Source: Gemmatimonadota bacterium
GTDB taxonomy: Bacteria; Latescibacterota; UBA2968; UBA8231
Assembly: GCA_038153405.1 (NCBI GenBank)
Contig: JAYOYH010000007.1
Location: 63,234 to 127,233, forward strand
DNA length: 64,000 bases
Direction of reading: 5' to 3'
Shown in pieces: positions 53,317 to 62,843 of the stretch. The notes beneath the pieces are model-generated. The model was not told the DNA's origin. It made no database searches and worked only from the letters and a program-made list of their open reading frames with translations. The position numbers and the translations under genes are program-made. The first letter of the stretch is position 1. Each line of letters begins with the position of its first letter.

Positions 53317-55263
53317 TTGACAGCACGCCCTTTTAGTGGAAATATCACATTCCGCGCCCTAATCGTGGGTGCGCTCCTCGCCGCAGCGGTGGGCGTGGGC
53401 GCACCCTACGAAAACTTAATTATCTCCGGATCGCCGCTGCACCTAGACTACAGCACGCCAGCGGCCGTTTTCCTCTTTTTCCTCTTTTACATACTCGTTA
53501 ACCCACTGTTGTGTGCCGTGCGAAAAGACTGGGCGTTTAGTCGCGCCGAATTGATAACAGTCTACATCATGGCCGCCGTTGCCTGTTCCGTTTCGACCAT
53601 TGGTTTAGTCTGCGTATTGATCCCGCACATCTCCGCTGGAACCTACTTTGCCGCACCGGAAAACGGATGGGAAAAGCAGGTGCTGCCCTATATGGCCAGT
53701 TGGCTGCGGGTAGGCGACGAGGAAGCCGTCTTACATTTCTACGAAGGACTACCCCGTGGCGCGGCGATCCCTTGGATGGCGTGGATAGCCCCGCTGGCGG
53801 GATGGAGCATATTGATCGTTTCCTTTTTCGCTGCGATGACGGCCTCTATGGTCATCGTGCGAAAGCAGTGGATCGAAAACGAGCGACTGACCTTTCCCCT
53901 AGTGCAGGTGCCTATCGCCATGCTGGGCGAAGAAGGAGAGGACCGCGGAATAATCAGCCCTTTCTTCAAGAATCCCATCGTGTGGATTGGGATACTCGTT
54001 CCAATCATTCTCTACTCTCAGCGCGCTCTGCACAACTATTTCCCCTTCGTACCCGAGGGCATGCCCATTTCGGAGTCGTGGTACTTTTGGAACGACAAGT
54101 TTCGCCTGCGCCTATCGCTGAGTTATGCCGTGCTCGGATTCGGCTATTTGCTCAGCACTAAACTGGGATTTAGCATGTGGTTTCTCGGGCTATTGACGAT
54201 GTTTGAAAATGCCTTTCTGCACTACGCTGGTTGGGCGGGTACAGACCGCGTGGTCGGTTCCTCATTAGGCACGCCGAATTTGCTCTATCAGGGCATGGGT
54301 GCGTTGGCCGCGCTGGTCTTCAGTTCGCTGTGGATTGGGCGCGAGCACTTGCTGCAGGTGGTGCGCGGATTCTGGGTGCCTACTGGTGGGGACGAGCGCG
54401 AAATAATGTCTTATCGCCAAGCTGGTATTTTGCTCTTGTGCAGTGGTCTGGCAATGTCAATATGGTGCGTTTTTTCCGGTATGAGCTGGTGGCTGGCCCC
54501 GCTGTTTTTGCTGGTGGCTTTCCTGCTAATGTTTGCAATAACGCGCATTGTAGCCGAAGGCGGCTTGGCCGTGGCCAAGCCGACGATGATGCCCAACGAT
54601 GTATTGGTCGGTGCACTGGGCAGCAGTGGCTTAGGATCGGCCAATATCGGAGCCCTTGGTATGACCTACCCATGGGTGGGGCAGATGCGCACGACGATGA
54701 TGGCCGCCGTTATCCACGGCCTCAAGCTTGTCGAAAGTTATACCGTGGGAAACCGCAAGCGCCTGTTTTGGGCGATTATGCTGGCAGCCCTAGTGGCTAC
54801 ATCCTCATCCATCGCGACGGTTTTACTCGTGGGCTATCGCTACGGTGCGCTCAATCTGAGCGAGTGGTTCTTCGGCATTGGCTCGGCTACCGCACCCTAT
54901 ACCTTTGTCGATTACCACTTGGCCAATTCTGCGGAAGCCAGTCGGTCATTTTACATTCTGTCGAGCATCGGTGCGGCCTTACAGCTCTTGCTAACAGTGG
55001 CCAATTCGCGCTTTATTTGGTGGCCGATTCACCCAGTTGCTTTTCCCGTTAGCGCCTACTGGACCACGCATCACCTTATGCCCAGCATCTTTTTAGCTTG
55101 GGCGATAAAGAGCGTGGTTTTGCACTACGGTGGCGTCGTGCTCTACCGCAAGACGCGGCCATTTTTTCTCGGGTTAATACTGGGCCATTATGTGGCGGGT
55201 GGCCTGTGGATCGTCCTAGATGGTTTTACCGGAATGACGGCCAATCATTTGTTCTACTGGTAG
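53317..55263 (+). CDS. DUF6785/DUF6784-like polytopic membrane protein, copy 3
   Basis: AELITVY, APENGW, FYEGLP, RKQWIENERLTFPL, EIMSYR, WWPIHPV, HYGG..LYRKTRPFFLGLILG. Confidence 0.75.
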   Translation: MTARPFSGNITFRALIVGALLAAAVGVGAPYENLIISGSPLHLDYSTPAAVFLFFLFYILVNPLLCAVRKDWAFSRAELITVYIMAAVACSVSTIGLVCVLIPHISAGTYFAAPENGWEKQVLPYMASWLRVGDEEAVLHFYEGLPRGAAIPWMAWIAPLAGWSILIVSFFAAMTASMVIVRKQWIENERLTFPLVQVPIAMLGEEGEDRGIISPFFKNPIVWIGILVPIILYSQRALHNYFPFVPEGMPISESWYFWNDKFRLRLSLSYAVLGFGYLLSTKLGFSMWFLGLLTMFENAFLHYAGWAGTDRVVGSSLGTPNLLYQGMGALAALVFSSLWIGREHLLQVVRGFWVPTGGDEREIMSYRQAGILLLCSGLAMSIWCVFSGMSWWLAPLFLLVAFLLMFAITRIVAEGGLAVAKPTMMPNDVLVGALGSSGLGSANIGALGMTYPWVGQMRTTMMAAVIHGLKLVESYTVGNRKRLFWAIMLAALVATSSSIATVLLVGYRYGALNLSEWFFGIGSATAPYTFVDYHLANSAEASRSFYILSSIGAALQLLLTVANSRFIWWPIHPVAFPVSAYWTTHHLMPSIFLAWAIKSVVLHYGGVVLYRKTRPFFLGLILGHYVAGGLWIVLDGFTGMTANHLFYW

Positions 55264-55288
55264 CAAGATTCGAGCGTTCGCAAGTGCG

Positions 55289-55501
55289 GTGAGCGCCCCG
55301 CTCCAGCACATGAATCACGTCGCCGCCGTTGCCGCACCCTTGATCGGCGGTTTGGTCTGGATGCACTTTGGCTACCAGATCATTTTTTTCACCGGAGCCT
55401 TTATCGCTCTCGTCTCGTTGATCGTATCTCAGTGGATTGATCCAGACCAACCGCAGCTAGAGAAAGAAGGCCGCTTAGCTCTTTCACCCGCAGCAGGTTA
55501 A
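55289..55501 (+). pseudogene. Remnant: last two TM helices of an MFS-type transporter
   Basis: MNHVAAVAAPLIGGLVWMHFGYQIIFFTGAFIALVSLIVSQWI resembles MFS TM11-12; only 25 nt separate it from the upstream stop, so the rest of the gene cannot fit. Confidence 0.6.
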
Positions 55502-55546
55502 TTTTGCACACCCCTACTCGTTATAATATCAGATAGGAGAAACGCT

Positions 55547-56410
55547 ATGAAAATTGGAACACGCATGCCGCCCTTTGCCCGCCAACTCGGTTTTAATGGC
55601 TTTGCCGAGTGGCTGGCAGAAAACGACTTTGATGCCATTGATACGCCGACCTTGACCAAGGAAATGGCCAAGAAGTGCAAGGACCTAGGGCTCGCCATAG
55701 GCACCTGCGATGCCGGCAGTGGGGGGCTGCTCAGCCGCGACGCAACCAAGCGCACCAAAGCGCTAAACGCCCTGAAAAAAGACCTTACGGCCATCGCCAA
55801 AAACGGCGGCCACACCTTCTTTACCGTGCTGGGGCCTGACGATCCGACGATGAAGCGCAGCGAGACTTTTGAAATTTTCAAGAAGGTGTATCCCAAAGTC
55901 GTTGCCCATGCTGAAAAAGTCGGCGTCCAGATTGCCATTGAGCCGTGGCCGGGCGGCGCGCCCTACTACGCAAATTTAGGATGCACCCCGGAAAGCCTGC
56001 GGCGCATTTTTGAGGTGTGCCCTTCGCCTAATTTGGGCATCTGCTACGACCCCTCTCATTTTCTGCGCATCCAGGTAGACTATATACGCCTGTTGGCCGA
56101 GTTTGGCGATCGCGTGCGTCACGTGCACCTGAAAGACACCGAGGTCATCGAGGAAAAACTCTACGAATCGGGCATTCTCGGCGAGAGCTATAGCAATACC
56201 TACGTCTGCGGCGAGGGATGGTGGCGCTATACCATTCCCGGCGAAGGGCAGGTCGACTGGCAGCAGGTTATTCGGCGTTTGGAAGACTACGGCTACGACG
56301 GCGTGCTGAGCGTTGAATTAGAAGACCACCACTTTTGGAAAACGGCCGAGTTGCAGCAGGAAGGTCTGCTGCGTTCCCAGGAGTATATCGCCCAATTTCT
56401 CAAGGGCTAG
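55547..56410 (+). CDS. Sugar phosphate isomerase/epimerase (xylose-isomerase-like TIM barrel)
   Basis: IAIEPW, GICYDPSH, HVHLKD, PGEGQVDW, YDGVLSVELE; AGGAG RBS. Confidence 0.9.
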   Translation: MKIGTRMPPFARQLGFNGFAEWLAENDFDAIDTPTLTKEMAKKCKDLGLAIGTCDAGSGGLLSRDATKRTKALNALKKDLTAIAKNGGHTFFTVLGPDDPTMKRSETFEIFKKVYPKVVAHAEKVGVQIAIEPWPGGAPYYANLGCTPESLRRIFEVCPSPNLGICYDPSHFLRIQVDYIRLLAEFGDRVRHVHLKDTEVIEEKLYESGILGESYSNTYVCGEGWWRYTIPGEGQVDWQQVIRRLEDYGYDGVLSVELEDHHFWKTAELQQEGLLRSQEYIAQFLKG

Positions 56411-56435
56411 CTCGCTTGCGCCACGCTGCAACGGT

Positions 56436-56471
56436 AGGGGGCTGTTCTCTCTGGGGAACGCCCCCTTTTTT
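56436..56471 (+). terminator. Rho-independent terminator
   Basis: AGGGGGC(T)GTTCTC...GGGAACGCCCCCT followed by a T run, downstream of the isomerase stop. Confidence 0.8.
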
Positions 56472-56488
56472 ATGGTGTAAGGCATTGG

Positions 56489-56517
56489 TTGACAGCCTAT
56501 GTCAGCGCGTCTATTAT
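56489..56517 (+). promoter_or_regulatory. Sigma70 promoter with an overlapping palindromic operator candidate
   Basis: TTGACA (56489-56494), 17 bp spacer, TATTAT (56512-56517); TGACA-N5-TGTCA inverted repeat at 56490-56504. Confidence 0.75.
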
Positions 56518-56549
56518 ACTGCCTCATTCAACGTTAACGGGGGTGTTTT

Positions 56550-57545
56550 ATGGTTGGTTTCGCCGTAGTTGGGTTGGGGATGGGACGCAACCGCGCTCGG
56601 CAAATAGCCGATACGCAAGGGGCCGAGCTCAAGATCGTTGTCGATCTCAACGAGTCGCTGGCAAGGGAAGTCGCCGATGAAATGGGCTGCGCTGGGGGCT
56701 GCTCGCTCGAAGATGCGCTTGGGAGGAGCGACGTAGATGCCGTGTTGGTTATGACTCCGAGTGGATTGCACGCCAGCATCGGCGTGGAGGTAGCGCGTGC
56801 AGGTAAGCACGTCATTACGACCAAGCCCATGGAGGTCAGCACGGAGGCCTGCGATGCGTTGATAGCCGCCGGGCAGGCGGCCGGCGTGCTGGTCGGCGTC
56901 GACTACCAGAGCCGCTATGTCGACAACAATTATCGCATAGCTGAAGCGCTCAAGCGCGGCGATTTCGGTGAGCCGATACTCGGTGAAGTCCGCTTCAAGT
57001 GGTTTCGCTCCGACGACTATTTTAGCCATAACGGCGGCTGGCGCGGGACCTGGGCAATGGATGGCGGTGGATCGCTGGCCAACCAAGGATCGCACCTGAT
57101 AGACCTGTTGCTGTGGTTTATGGGCGATCCGGTCCGAGTTTACGGCGAGACAGCCGTTCTCAACCACGATATCGAGACGGAGGACGTCGGCATGGCGCTG
57201 CTCACTTATCCCGGCGGAGCTAAGGGCGCCCTTGTCGGCACGACGACCTTTCCCACCAACACCTATTTTAGTGCCGAAGTGCACGGCCGTGCCGGCGGTG
57301 TGCTGGTGGATTCAGTGCTGTCGGGCGAGATGCGGGTATTTGGCGACGGCCTCGAAGAAAAACTACAGTCGATTGACAACCCACTTCACAACGTCGTGGA
57401 GGATGTCGTGTCGGCGCTGGAAAAGGGTACAAACCTGCGGGTAGACGGGCGCGAGGGACGCCGCACAGTCGCCCTGTTGGAGCATATCTACAACTCGGCG
57501 CGCGTGGGGCATCCCGTCGCATACGGCAGCGTACATGCCCGTTAG
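56550..57545 (+). CDS. Gfo/Idh/MocA family oxidoreductase
   Basis: VVGLGMG, HVITTKP, WRGTWAMDGGGSLANQGSHLIDLL.WFMG. Confidence 0.9.
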   Translation: MVGFAVVGLGMGRNRARQIADTQGAELKIVVDLNESLAREVADEMGCAGGCSLEDALGRSDVDAVLVMTPSGLHASIGVEVARAGKHVITTKPMEVSTEACDALIAAGQAAGVLVGVDYQSRYVDNNYRIAEALKRGDFGEPILGEVRFKWFRSDDYFSHNGGWRGTWAMDGGGSLANQGSHLIDLLLWFMGDPVRVYGETAVLNHDIETEDVGMALLTYPGGAKGALVGTTTFPTNTYFSAEVHGRAGGVLVDSVLSGEMRVFGDGLEEKLQSIDNPLHNVVEDVVSALEKGTNLRVDGREGRRTVALLEHIYNSARVGHPVAYGSVHAR

Positions 57546-58572
57546 AGCGGCCCTTGTCGGTGGAGACAATCCACATGCTGGGGGGTGGTTGGAAACGCTG
57601 CGCCATGCGCCTTCCGTGGCAGAAGTTGGCCTGTGTGGTTCGTGGGATGATGCAGTTCATGAGGCCGAGGTCTACAGCACGGTCGACGACCTGCTGGGCG
57701 CCGGCACTTGGGGTATGGCGTTGGTATGTGCCCGCAACGCCCAGGCCCCTGCGCTCGCCCGCTCGCTAATAGAGGCCGGTGTGCCAACCTTGGTGGAAAA
57801 ACCCGTTGCGCGCACGGCGCGTGAAATTGCCGAGTTGAACGATCTCGCGCAACGGGTGGGCACGCCGTGGAGCACTTGCTTTCTCAATCGGTATCATCCA
57901 GCTGTACGCACAATGAGGAGTTGGGTGAATGAGGGCGCGATCGGTCGCTTACTTTCCATAGAGGGCCGAATGGTCACTAGCACCGTGGCTCAGCGGGGTC
58001 GGCACCACTGGCTCTTTAGCCATCGGGAGGCCGGCGGCGGGATTCTGCACTGGCTCGCCGTGCACACCGTCGATCTCGTGCGCTTTATTAGCGGCTGTGA
58101 ATTCGAACGGGTGAGCGCCGAAACGGCTACGTTGGTGGAGGCCATCGACGTAGAAGAAGTGGCCTGCGCTGCTTTTCGTCTCGAAGGGGGGGCGCTTGGC
58201 CACATCCACGCCGCCTATGCCTTGCCGCGGCGCTACGGCGATATCTCTATGGTTCTGCGCGGCACCGACGGCGATGTCACCTGGCAGAGCTGGGACTATG
58301 GCGGACACAAGGATCGACTCACTATACAGAGTACCGTGGGGGCTTGGGCAGACGAGTCCAATCGCCAGATCGTCTGCAATCCGCCAGTAGGGGCGGGCTA
58401 CGGAGGGCAGATGGGCGTCGATTTCATCGGTGATTTTATCACCGCTGCGCAGGGAGGACAGCCCTTTATATGCGATGGGGAAGACGCGCTGCGCGCTATG
58501 GAATTTATCGAAGGAGCCTATCAGTCCGCCGAGAGCGGAAAACGAGTGGAGCTAGTCTGTGAAAATAACTGA
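57535..58572 (+). CDS. Gfo/Idh/MocA family oxidoreductase
   Basis: LVEKP, GGGILHWLAVHTVD, AYQSAESG. Confidence 0.87.
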   Translation: MPVRAALVGGDNPHAGGWLETLRHAPSVAEVGLCGSWDDAVHEAEVYSTVDDLLGAGTWGMALVCARNAQAPALARSLIEAGVPTLVEKPVARTAREIAELNDLAQRVGTPWSTCFLNRYHPAVRTMRSWVNEGAIGRLLSIEGRMVTSTVAQRGRHHWLFSHREAGGGILHWLAVHTVDLVRFISGCEFERVSAETATLVEAIDVEEVACAAFRLEGGALGHIHAAYALPRRYGDISMVLRGTDGDVTWQSWDYGGHKDRLTIQSTVGAWADESNRQIVCNPPVGAGYGGQMGVDFIGDFITAAQGGQPFICDGEDALRAMEFIEGAYQSAESGKRVELVCENN

Positions 58573-59800
58573 AATCGACGTGCGCCTTATTGATGCAAAC
58601 TTTCGCAATTTAATTATTACGCAAATACACACAGATGCGGGCATCACGGGTATTTCCGAAGTAGTGACCAAGCGCTTTGACGATGCCACGCTCAACGGCG
58701 TGCGCAACCTAACGGAAAACATTGGGCTTATCGGCAAAGATCCGCGCCAGCCCAACTTGCATTTTGAGCGCATGTATCGCGACAACCAGTGGACCATTGG
58801 CACCGTTTCGGTTTCGGCCATTAGCGCGATTGAAATGGCCATGTGGGATATAAAGGGCAAAGAAGTAGGCAAGCCCGTATACGAACTCTTTGGCGGCCCG
58901 ACCTTTGCCGAGCGGGTGCCGGTCTATTGCCACGTTCCGGGCGGTTCTTCTCCGCAGGAATTTGCCGATAATATCGCCACTGCACGGCAGCGCGGGTACC
59001 GGGTGTGTAAAACTACGCTGCCGGTCTACTACGGCCAGGTCCAGAGAGTTTCCAGCGATGGCTCGGAATACAAGATTGGCGGGAATGCCTATTCTGGAAC
59101 AAAGGGAAAGGTCGACGGCTCCTATAACGAGCACCAATGGCTCGACCAGCGCATCTTAAACGAGGTGGTCTCGTTCTTTGCCGAGGCGCGCAAAGTGCAC
59201 GGGGACGAAATGGAAATCTGGGTCGATTGCCACGCCCGGCTGAGTGGGGCACATGCCGCGCGCCTAGTTTACGCGCTGCGCGGTCTAGTCGATCTGATTG
59301 AAGAACCGCTACCTCCGGAAGACATCGATGGGCTCAAGGCGCTTAAAGAGGCGTCCTATGCCTGTGGCGGGCCAAAGATTGCCGCCGGCGAGCGCACGGC
59401 GACGATTTACGATCGCAATATGCTGCGCATGGTAACGGAGCAAATGGTCGATATCTACCAGCCTGACATCGGCAACTGTGGGGGATTTACGTCCTTCTAC
59501 GAGCTAGCTACGGTAGCTACCATGCACAACGTTGCCATGGCACCGCACAATCCCAACGGTCCCATCTCAGTTGCTCAGGGCCTGCAGGCTATCGCCTCCG
59601 TGCGCAATGGGCACATCCTCGAGACCGTGGGCAATGAGGCTGAGGAAGCGCTGGCCGATGAACTGCTGGTCAATCCCGAAGCGGTGCGCAGCAAAGACGG
59701 CTACATCGAGTTACCTAAAGGCCCCGGCATTGGTATCGAGCTCAATCAGGAGGGCTTGGAGCGCCGGCCGTTTAAACGCTATTACCAAACGACGCGCTAA
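58559..59800 (+). CDS. Enolase-superfamily acid-sugar dehydratase (mandelate racemase subgroup, DgoD-like)
   Basis: MKITEI, SAIEMAMWDIKGK..GKPVYELFGG, VDCHAR, IEEP, AAGER, QPD, APHNPNGP. Confidence 0.87.
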   Translation: MKITEIDVRLIDANFRNLIITQIHTDAGITGISEVVTKRFDDATLNGVRNLTENIGLIGKDPRQPNLHFERMYRDNQWTIGTVSVSAISAIEMAMWDIKGKEVGKPVYELFGGPTFAERVPVYCHVPGGSSPQEFADNIATARQRGYRVCKTTLPVYYGQVQRVSSDGSEYKIGGNAYSGTKGKVDGSYNEHQWLDQRILNEVVSFFAEARKVHGDEMEIWVDCHARLSGAHAARLVYALRGLVDLIEEPLPPEDIDGLKALKEASYACGGPKIAAGERTATIYDRNMLRMVTEQMVDIYQPDIGNCGGFTSFYELATVATMHNVAMAPHNPNGPISVAQGLQAIASVRNGHILETVGNEAEEALADELLVNPEAVRSKDGYIELPKGPGIGIELNQEGLERRPFKRYYQTTR

Positions 59801-59833
59801 GGGCGTCCGTTCCTACTGCCAGGAGATAGGGTT

Positions 59834-61120
59834 ATGAAAATTGTAGACGTAGAGCGCATTATCGTCGATGTGCCTTTTACAAAACGCCAGCAAAAAATCG
59901 CTGCGCGTGAGGTGTATAATTGGGCGGTACTCGAACTGTGTCGAGTTGAAACGGATAGCGGTCACGTCGGCTGGGGTGAAACCGTTATCCACTATACGTG
60001 GGCGCGGGTGACGGATGCCGCGGTCCAGCGCGTTATGGGCAAGAGCCCAGCCGCCCTCATGAACGACGACAGCCTGGGTGCCGGGTTGCAAATGGCGCTA
60101 TTTGATGTGGTTGGTAAGGCATTGGAAGTGCCCGTCTACGAACTGCTCGGAAGCAAGGTGCGCGATTGGGTGCCCATCTCTTGGTGGTCGATTGACGCAT
60201 CGCCGCGCGACTGGGCTGCCGAGGCAAAGGACGCGGTCAAAAAGGGGTATACAAGCTTTAAGACCAAGCCGCGTCCGTGGTGGGATATCGTCGCCCAGGT
60301 CGATGCCATTTCGAAGGCGGTGCCGGCGCACTTCAAACTCGATCTCGATCCCAATGCCACCTGGCAGGACGCTGCCACGGCCATCCCGATTATAAAAAAG
60401 CTGGAAAAGTACGAGCGGATTGCCATGTATGAAACGCCGATCCCACAGCATGACGTACTCGGCAATCGGCAGATTCGCGCCGTCAGTAGCCGGCCAATCG
60501 CTATGCACTTTGGTTCGCCGCCCTACATTACGCACGTGCGCGAAGAGGTCTGCGATGGCTATGTCATCTGCGCCGGCAAGAGTCAGGTTATGCGCCAGGG
60601 GTTGCTTAGTGCCGAGGCGCAAATGCCATTCTGGCTACAGTTGGTGGGCAATGGACTGACCACGACCTGGGCTGCCCACCTCGGGGCGGTCCTTACCAAT
60701 GCGACCTGGCCGACCATAACCTGCATCAACCTCTACAGCCATCAATTGCTAAAGAAAGAAATTGACGTTGTCGGTGGCTATCACAAAGTCCCCGACGGTC
60801 CTGGTCTCGGCGTTGAAGTGGACGAGCGCGCCGTTGCTCGCTATCGCGTATCGGAAAAGACCCTGAAGAAGTTTGCCGAGAAAGGGGAGCGCTACGATCG
60901 CCCCGATCCGCGCATCATCAACAGCGTAGTATATCCGGACGGTTCCTGCGTGCATATGGGGCGCGCAAGCCAGGGATATGGGTATTTTGGTTCGGGCAAC
61001 GGACCGGCCTATGTCGAGGGGGTCCGTTTGGTTGAGCGCCCAGATGACGGAACAAAAGAGTGGCAAACGCTCTATGAGCGGGCTCTGCAGCATCCGGTGC
61101 GCGACCGCTGGCAGTCCTGA
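59834..61120 (+). CDS. Enolase-superfamily (MR/MLE) protein with C-terminal extension
   Basis: GWGET, MALFDVVGKALEVPVYELLG, KTK, DPN, ETP, VPDGPGLGVEVDE. Confidence 0.85.
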   Translation: MKIVDVERIIVDVPFTKRQQKIAAREVYNWAVLELCRVETDSGHVGWGETVIHYTWARVTDAAVQRVMGKSPAALMNDDSLGAGLQMALFDVVGKALEVPVYELLGSKVRDWVPISWWSIDASPRDWAAEAKDAVKKGYTSFKTKPRPWWDIVAQVDAISKAVPAHFKLDLDPNATWQDAATAIPIIKKLEKYERIAMYETPIPQHDVLGNRQIRAVSSRPIAMHFGSPPYITHVREEVCDGYVICAGKSQVMRQGLLSAEAQMPFWLQLVGNGLTTTWAAHLGAVLTNATWPTITCINLYSHQLLKKEIDVVGGYHKVPDGPGLGVEVDERAVARYRVSEKTLKKFAEKGERYDRPDPRIINSVVYPDGSCVHMGRASQGYGYFGSGNGPAYVEGVRLVERPDDGTKEWQTLYERALQHPVRDRWQS

Positions 61121-61152
61121 TATAACACGGCGCTTATAACGGGGAGATAACA

Positions 61153-61854
61153 ATGCAGTTGCTCGATTACGGCCGCTCGTTTGTAACTTTTGTCACACCG
61201 GGGCGCGGCAATAATGCGCGTTTGCAGATCGAATCAACGTGCCGGTTGCTGTCGGCCGATCAGGCGCCGCGCGACTACTATTTTTTCGCTTCGTGTAAGT
61301 CGGAAAATACCTTTGCCGAGCGCGATCTTTTTCACGAAGATAACTACGATTTCTGTGGGCTGTTCTCCGATAGCGAATATGCCATTTACCGCACCAAGGC
61401 AGTGCATCACGACGGCTTTTGCGAGTCGGGCGTTTGGCGCGAGCGCTTTGAAGATGTACAGTGGACGTTGAATTATACTCGCGGCGAGGTGTTGGACCAT
61501 GCCGAAGCGATCGTTCGCGCGACACTCGATGGGCGCGTATTGATTGGAACCGTCGAGTGGGAGAGCGAAGGGGTTCACTGCGCTATAGAGTTTCCGATCA
61601 AGACCATGAACGCCAACGACCTTCACATGATATGGCAGGTCGACACCGGTCCCGTCGTCTTTCCCACCGGTTTACAGCAGGGAAGGTTAGGCATCGAAAC
61701 CTTCTCGCCCGCCTATGTCGCCTATAATTCGGCACGCGTTGCCGATTTTATCGCCCAAGGACCCCTAAATGTGGGCGACGTCGCCGTGACTCACTACCAT
61801 CAACGGATTAGCGTCGAAGCGCAGGCGCGCGTTTTTGCCCTCATAGAGGATTAA
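61153..61854 (+). CDS. Hypothetical protein (233 aa)
   Basis: GGGGAG RBS, in-operon position, natural composition; no family recognised. Confidence 0.7.
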   Translation: MQLLDYGRSFVTFVTPGRGNNARLQIESTCRLLSADQAPRDYYFFASCKSENTFAERDLFHEDNYDFCGLFSDSEYAIYRTKAVHHDGFCESGVWRERFEDVQWTLNYTRGEVLDHAEAIVRATLDGRVLIGTVEWESEGVHCAIEFPIKTMNANDLHMIWQVDTGPVVFPTGLQQGRLGIETFSPAYVAYNSARVADFIAQGPLNVGDVAVTHYHQRISVEAQARVFALIED

Positions 61855-61871
61855 CACATAGGAAGCGCGGC

Positions 61872-62834
61872 ATGGCATCAATCGATTGGCCATTAGAACA
61901 ACTCGTTGACTACCGACCAGAGCTTACAAAAAGGGACGACTTCGACGCCTTTTGGGATGCACAACTGGCCGTCAGCGCCGCTGTGCCGCTGAACGCCGAG
62001 TTTACCATGCTCAACGATGGGTTACCCGGCGCACACACGTATGACGTGTCGTTTGACGGGGCCGATGGCGTGCGCGTGCGCGGTTGGTTTATGGCGCCGC
62101 TCGCCCAAGACGGTCCCCTGCCGACGGTGGTGCAGTTTATCGGCTACACGGGGGGGCGCGATTATCCCCATCCTCTAGCCGCACACGTGCTCAACGGCTT
62201 TTGTGCGCTGATTATGGACTCGCGCGGACAAGGGGGCAATACGGGCATGCGCTTGGACACGAGCCATGGGGCGCAGTCGGGGTTTATAACGCACGGGATT
62301 GTCGACAAGGACGAATACTACTTCCGTAACTTTTACCTTGATACCGTGCGCGCCGTCGAAGCCGTGGCCGCTAGGGACGAAGTCAACGAGGAGCGAATCT
62401 GTGCCCTTGGCGGGAGTCAGGGCGGAGCGCTGAGTATTGCCTGCGCTTCTCTTTCGCCGCGGGTGGTGGCGATGGCCCCCGACGTGCCGTGGCTTTCTCA
62501 TTTTCGCAGGTCCGTCGATATAGCTATGGGGCCCTACGAAGAGATTACAAATTTCCTGAAGCGTTTTCCTCAGCATATAGAGCAGGCATTTACTACACTC
62601 TCTTACTTCGATAATATGAATTTGGTGACGCGCACGCGCGCTGCCCACGCCTATTATTCCGTTGGTTTGTGGGACGCTGTCTGCCCGCCCTCTACGGTAT
62701 ATGCCTCCTATAATCACCTGCCGGCCGGTGTGCAAAAAAGCATAGAAGTATATCCATACAACGGGCATGAGGGAGGGGGTACCTTACATCAGCAGCGCAA
62801 ACTGCAGTGGCTGCGGACAACGCTGGCCAGTTAG
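61872..62834 (+). CDS. Acetylxylan esterase/cephalosporin-C deacetylase (CE7)
   Basis: DFDAFW, RGQG, GGSQGG, TLSYFD, D.VCPPSTVYA.YN, NGHE. Confidence 0.92.
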   Translation: MASIDWPLEQLVDYRPELTKRDDFDAFWDAQLAVSAAVPLNAEFTMLNDGLPGAHTYDVSFDGADGVRVRGWFMAPLAQDGPLPTVVQFIGYTGGRDYPHPLAAHVLNGFCALIMDSRGQGGNTGMRLDTSHGAQSGFITHGIVDKDEYYFRNFYLDTVRAVEAVAARDEVNEERICALGGSQGGALSIACASLSPRVVAMAPDVPWLSHFRRSVDIAMGPYEEITNFLKRFPQHIEQAFTTLSYFDNMNLVTRTRAAHAYYSVGLWDAVCPPSTVYASYNHLPAGVQKSIEVYPYNGHEGGGTLHQQRKLQWLRTTLAS

Positions 62835-62843
62835 GATATCAAA

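Noticed and set aside
54231..55052. 273-aa alternate-frame ORF inside DUF6785 copy 3
   Set aside because: Arg-rich off-frame composition; the host gene is intact, so there is no sign of frameshifting.
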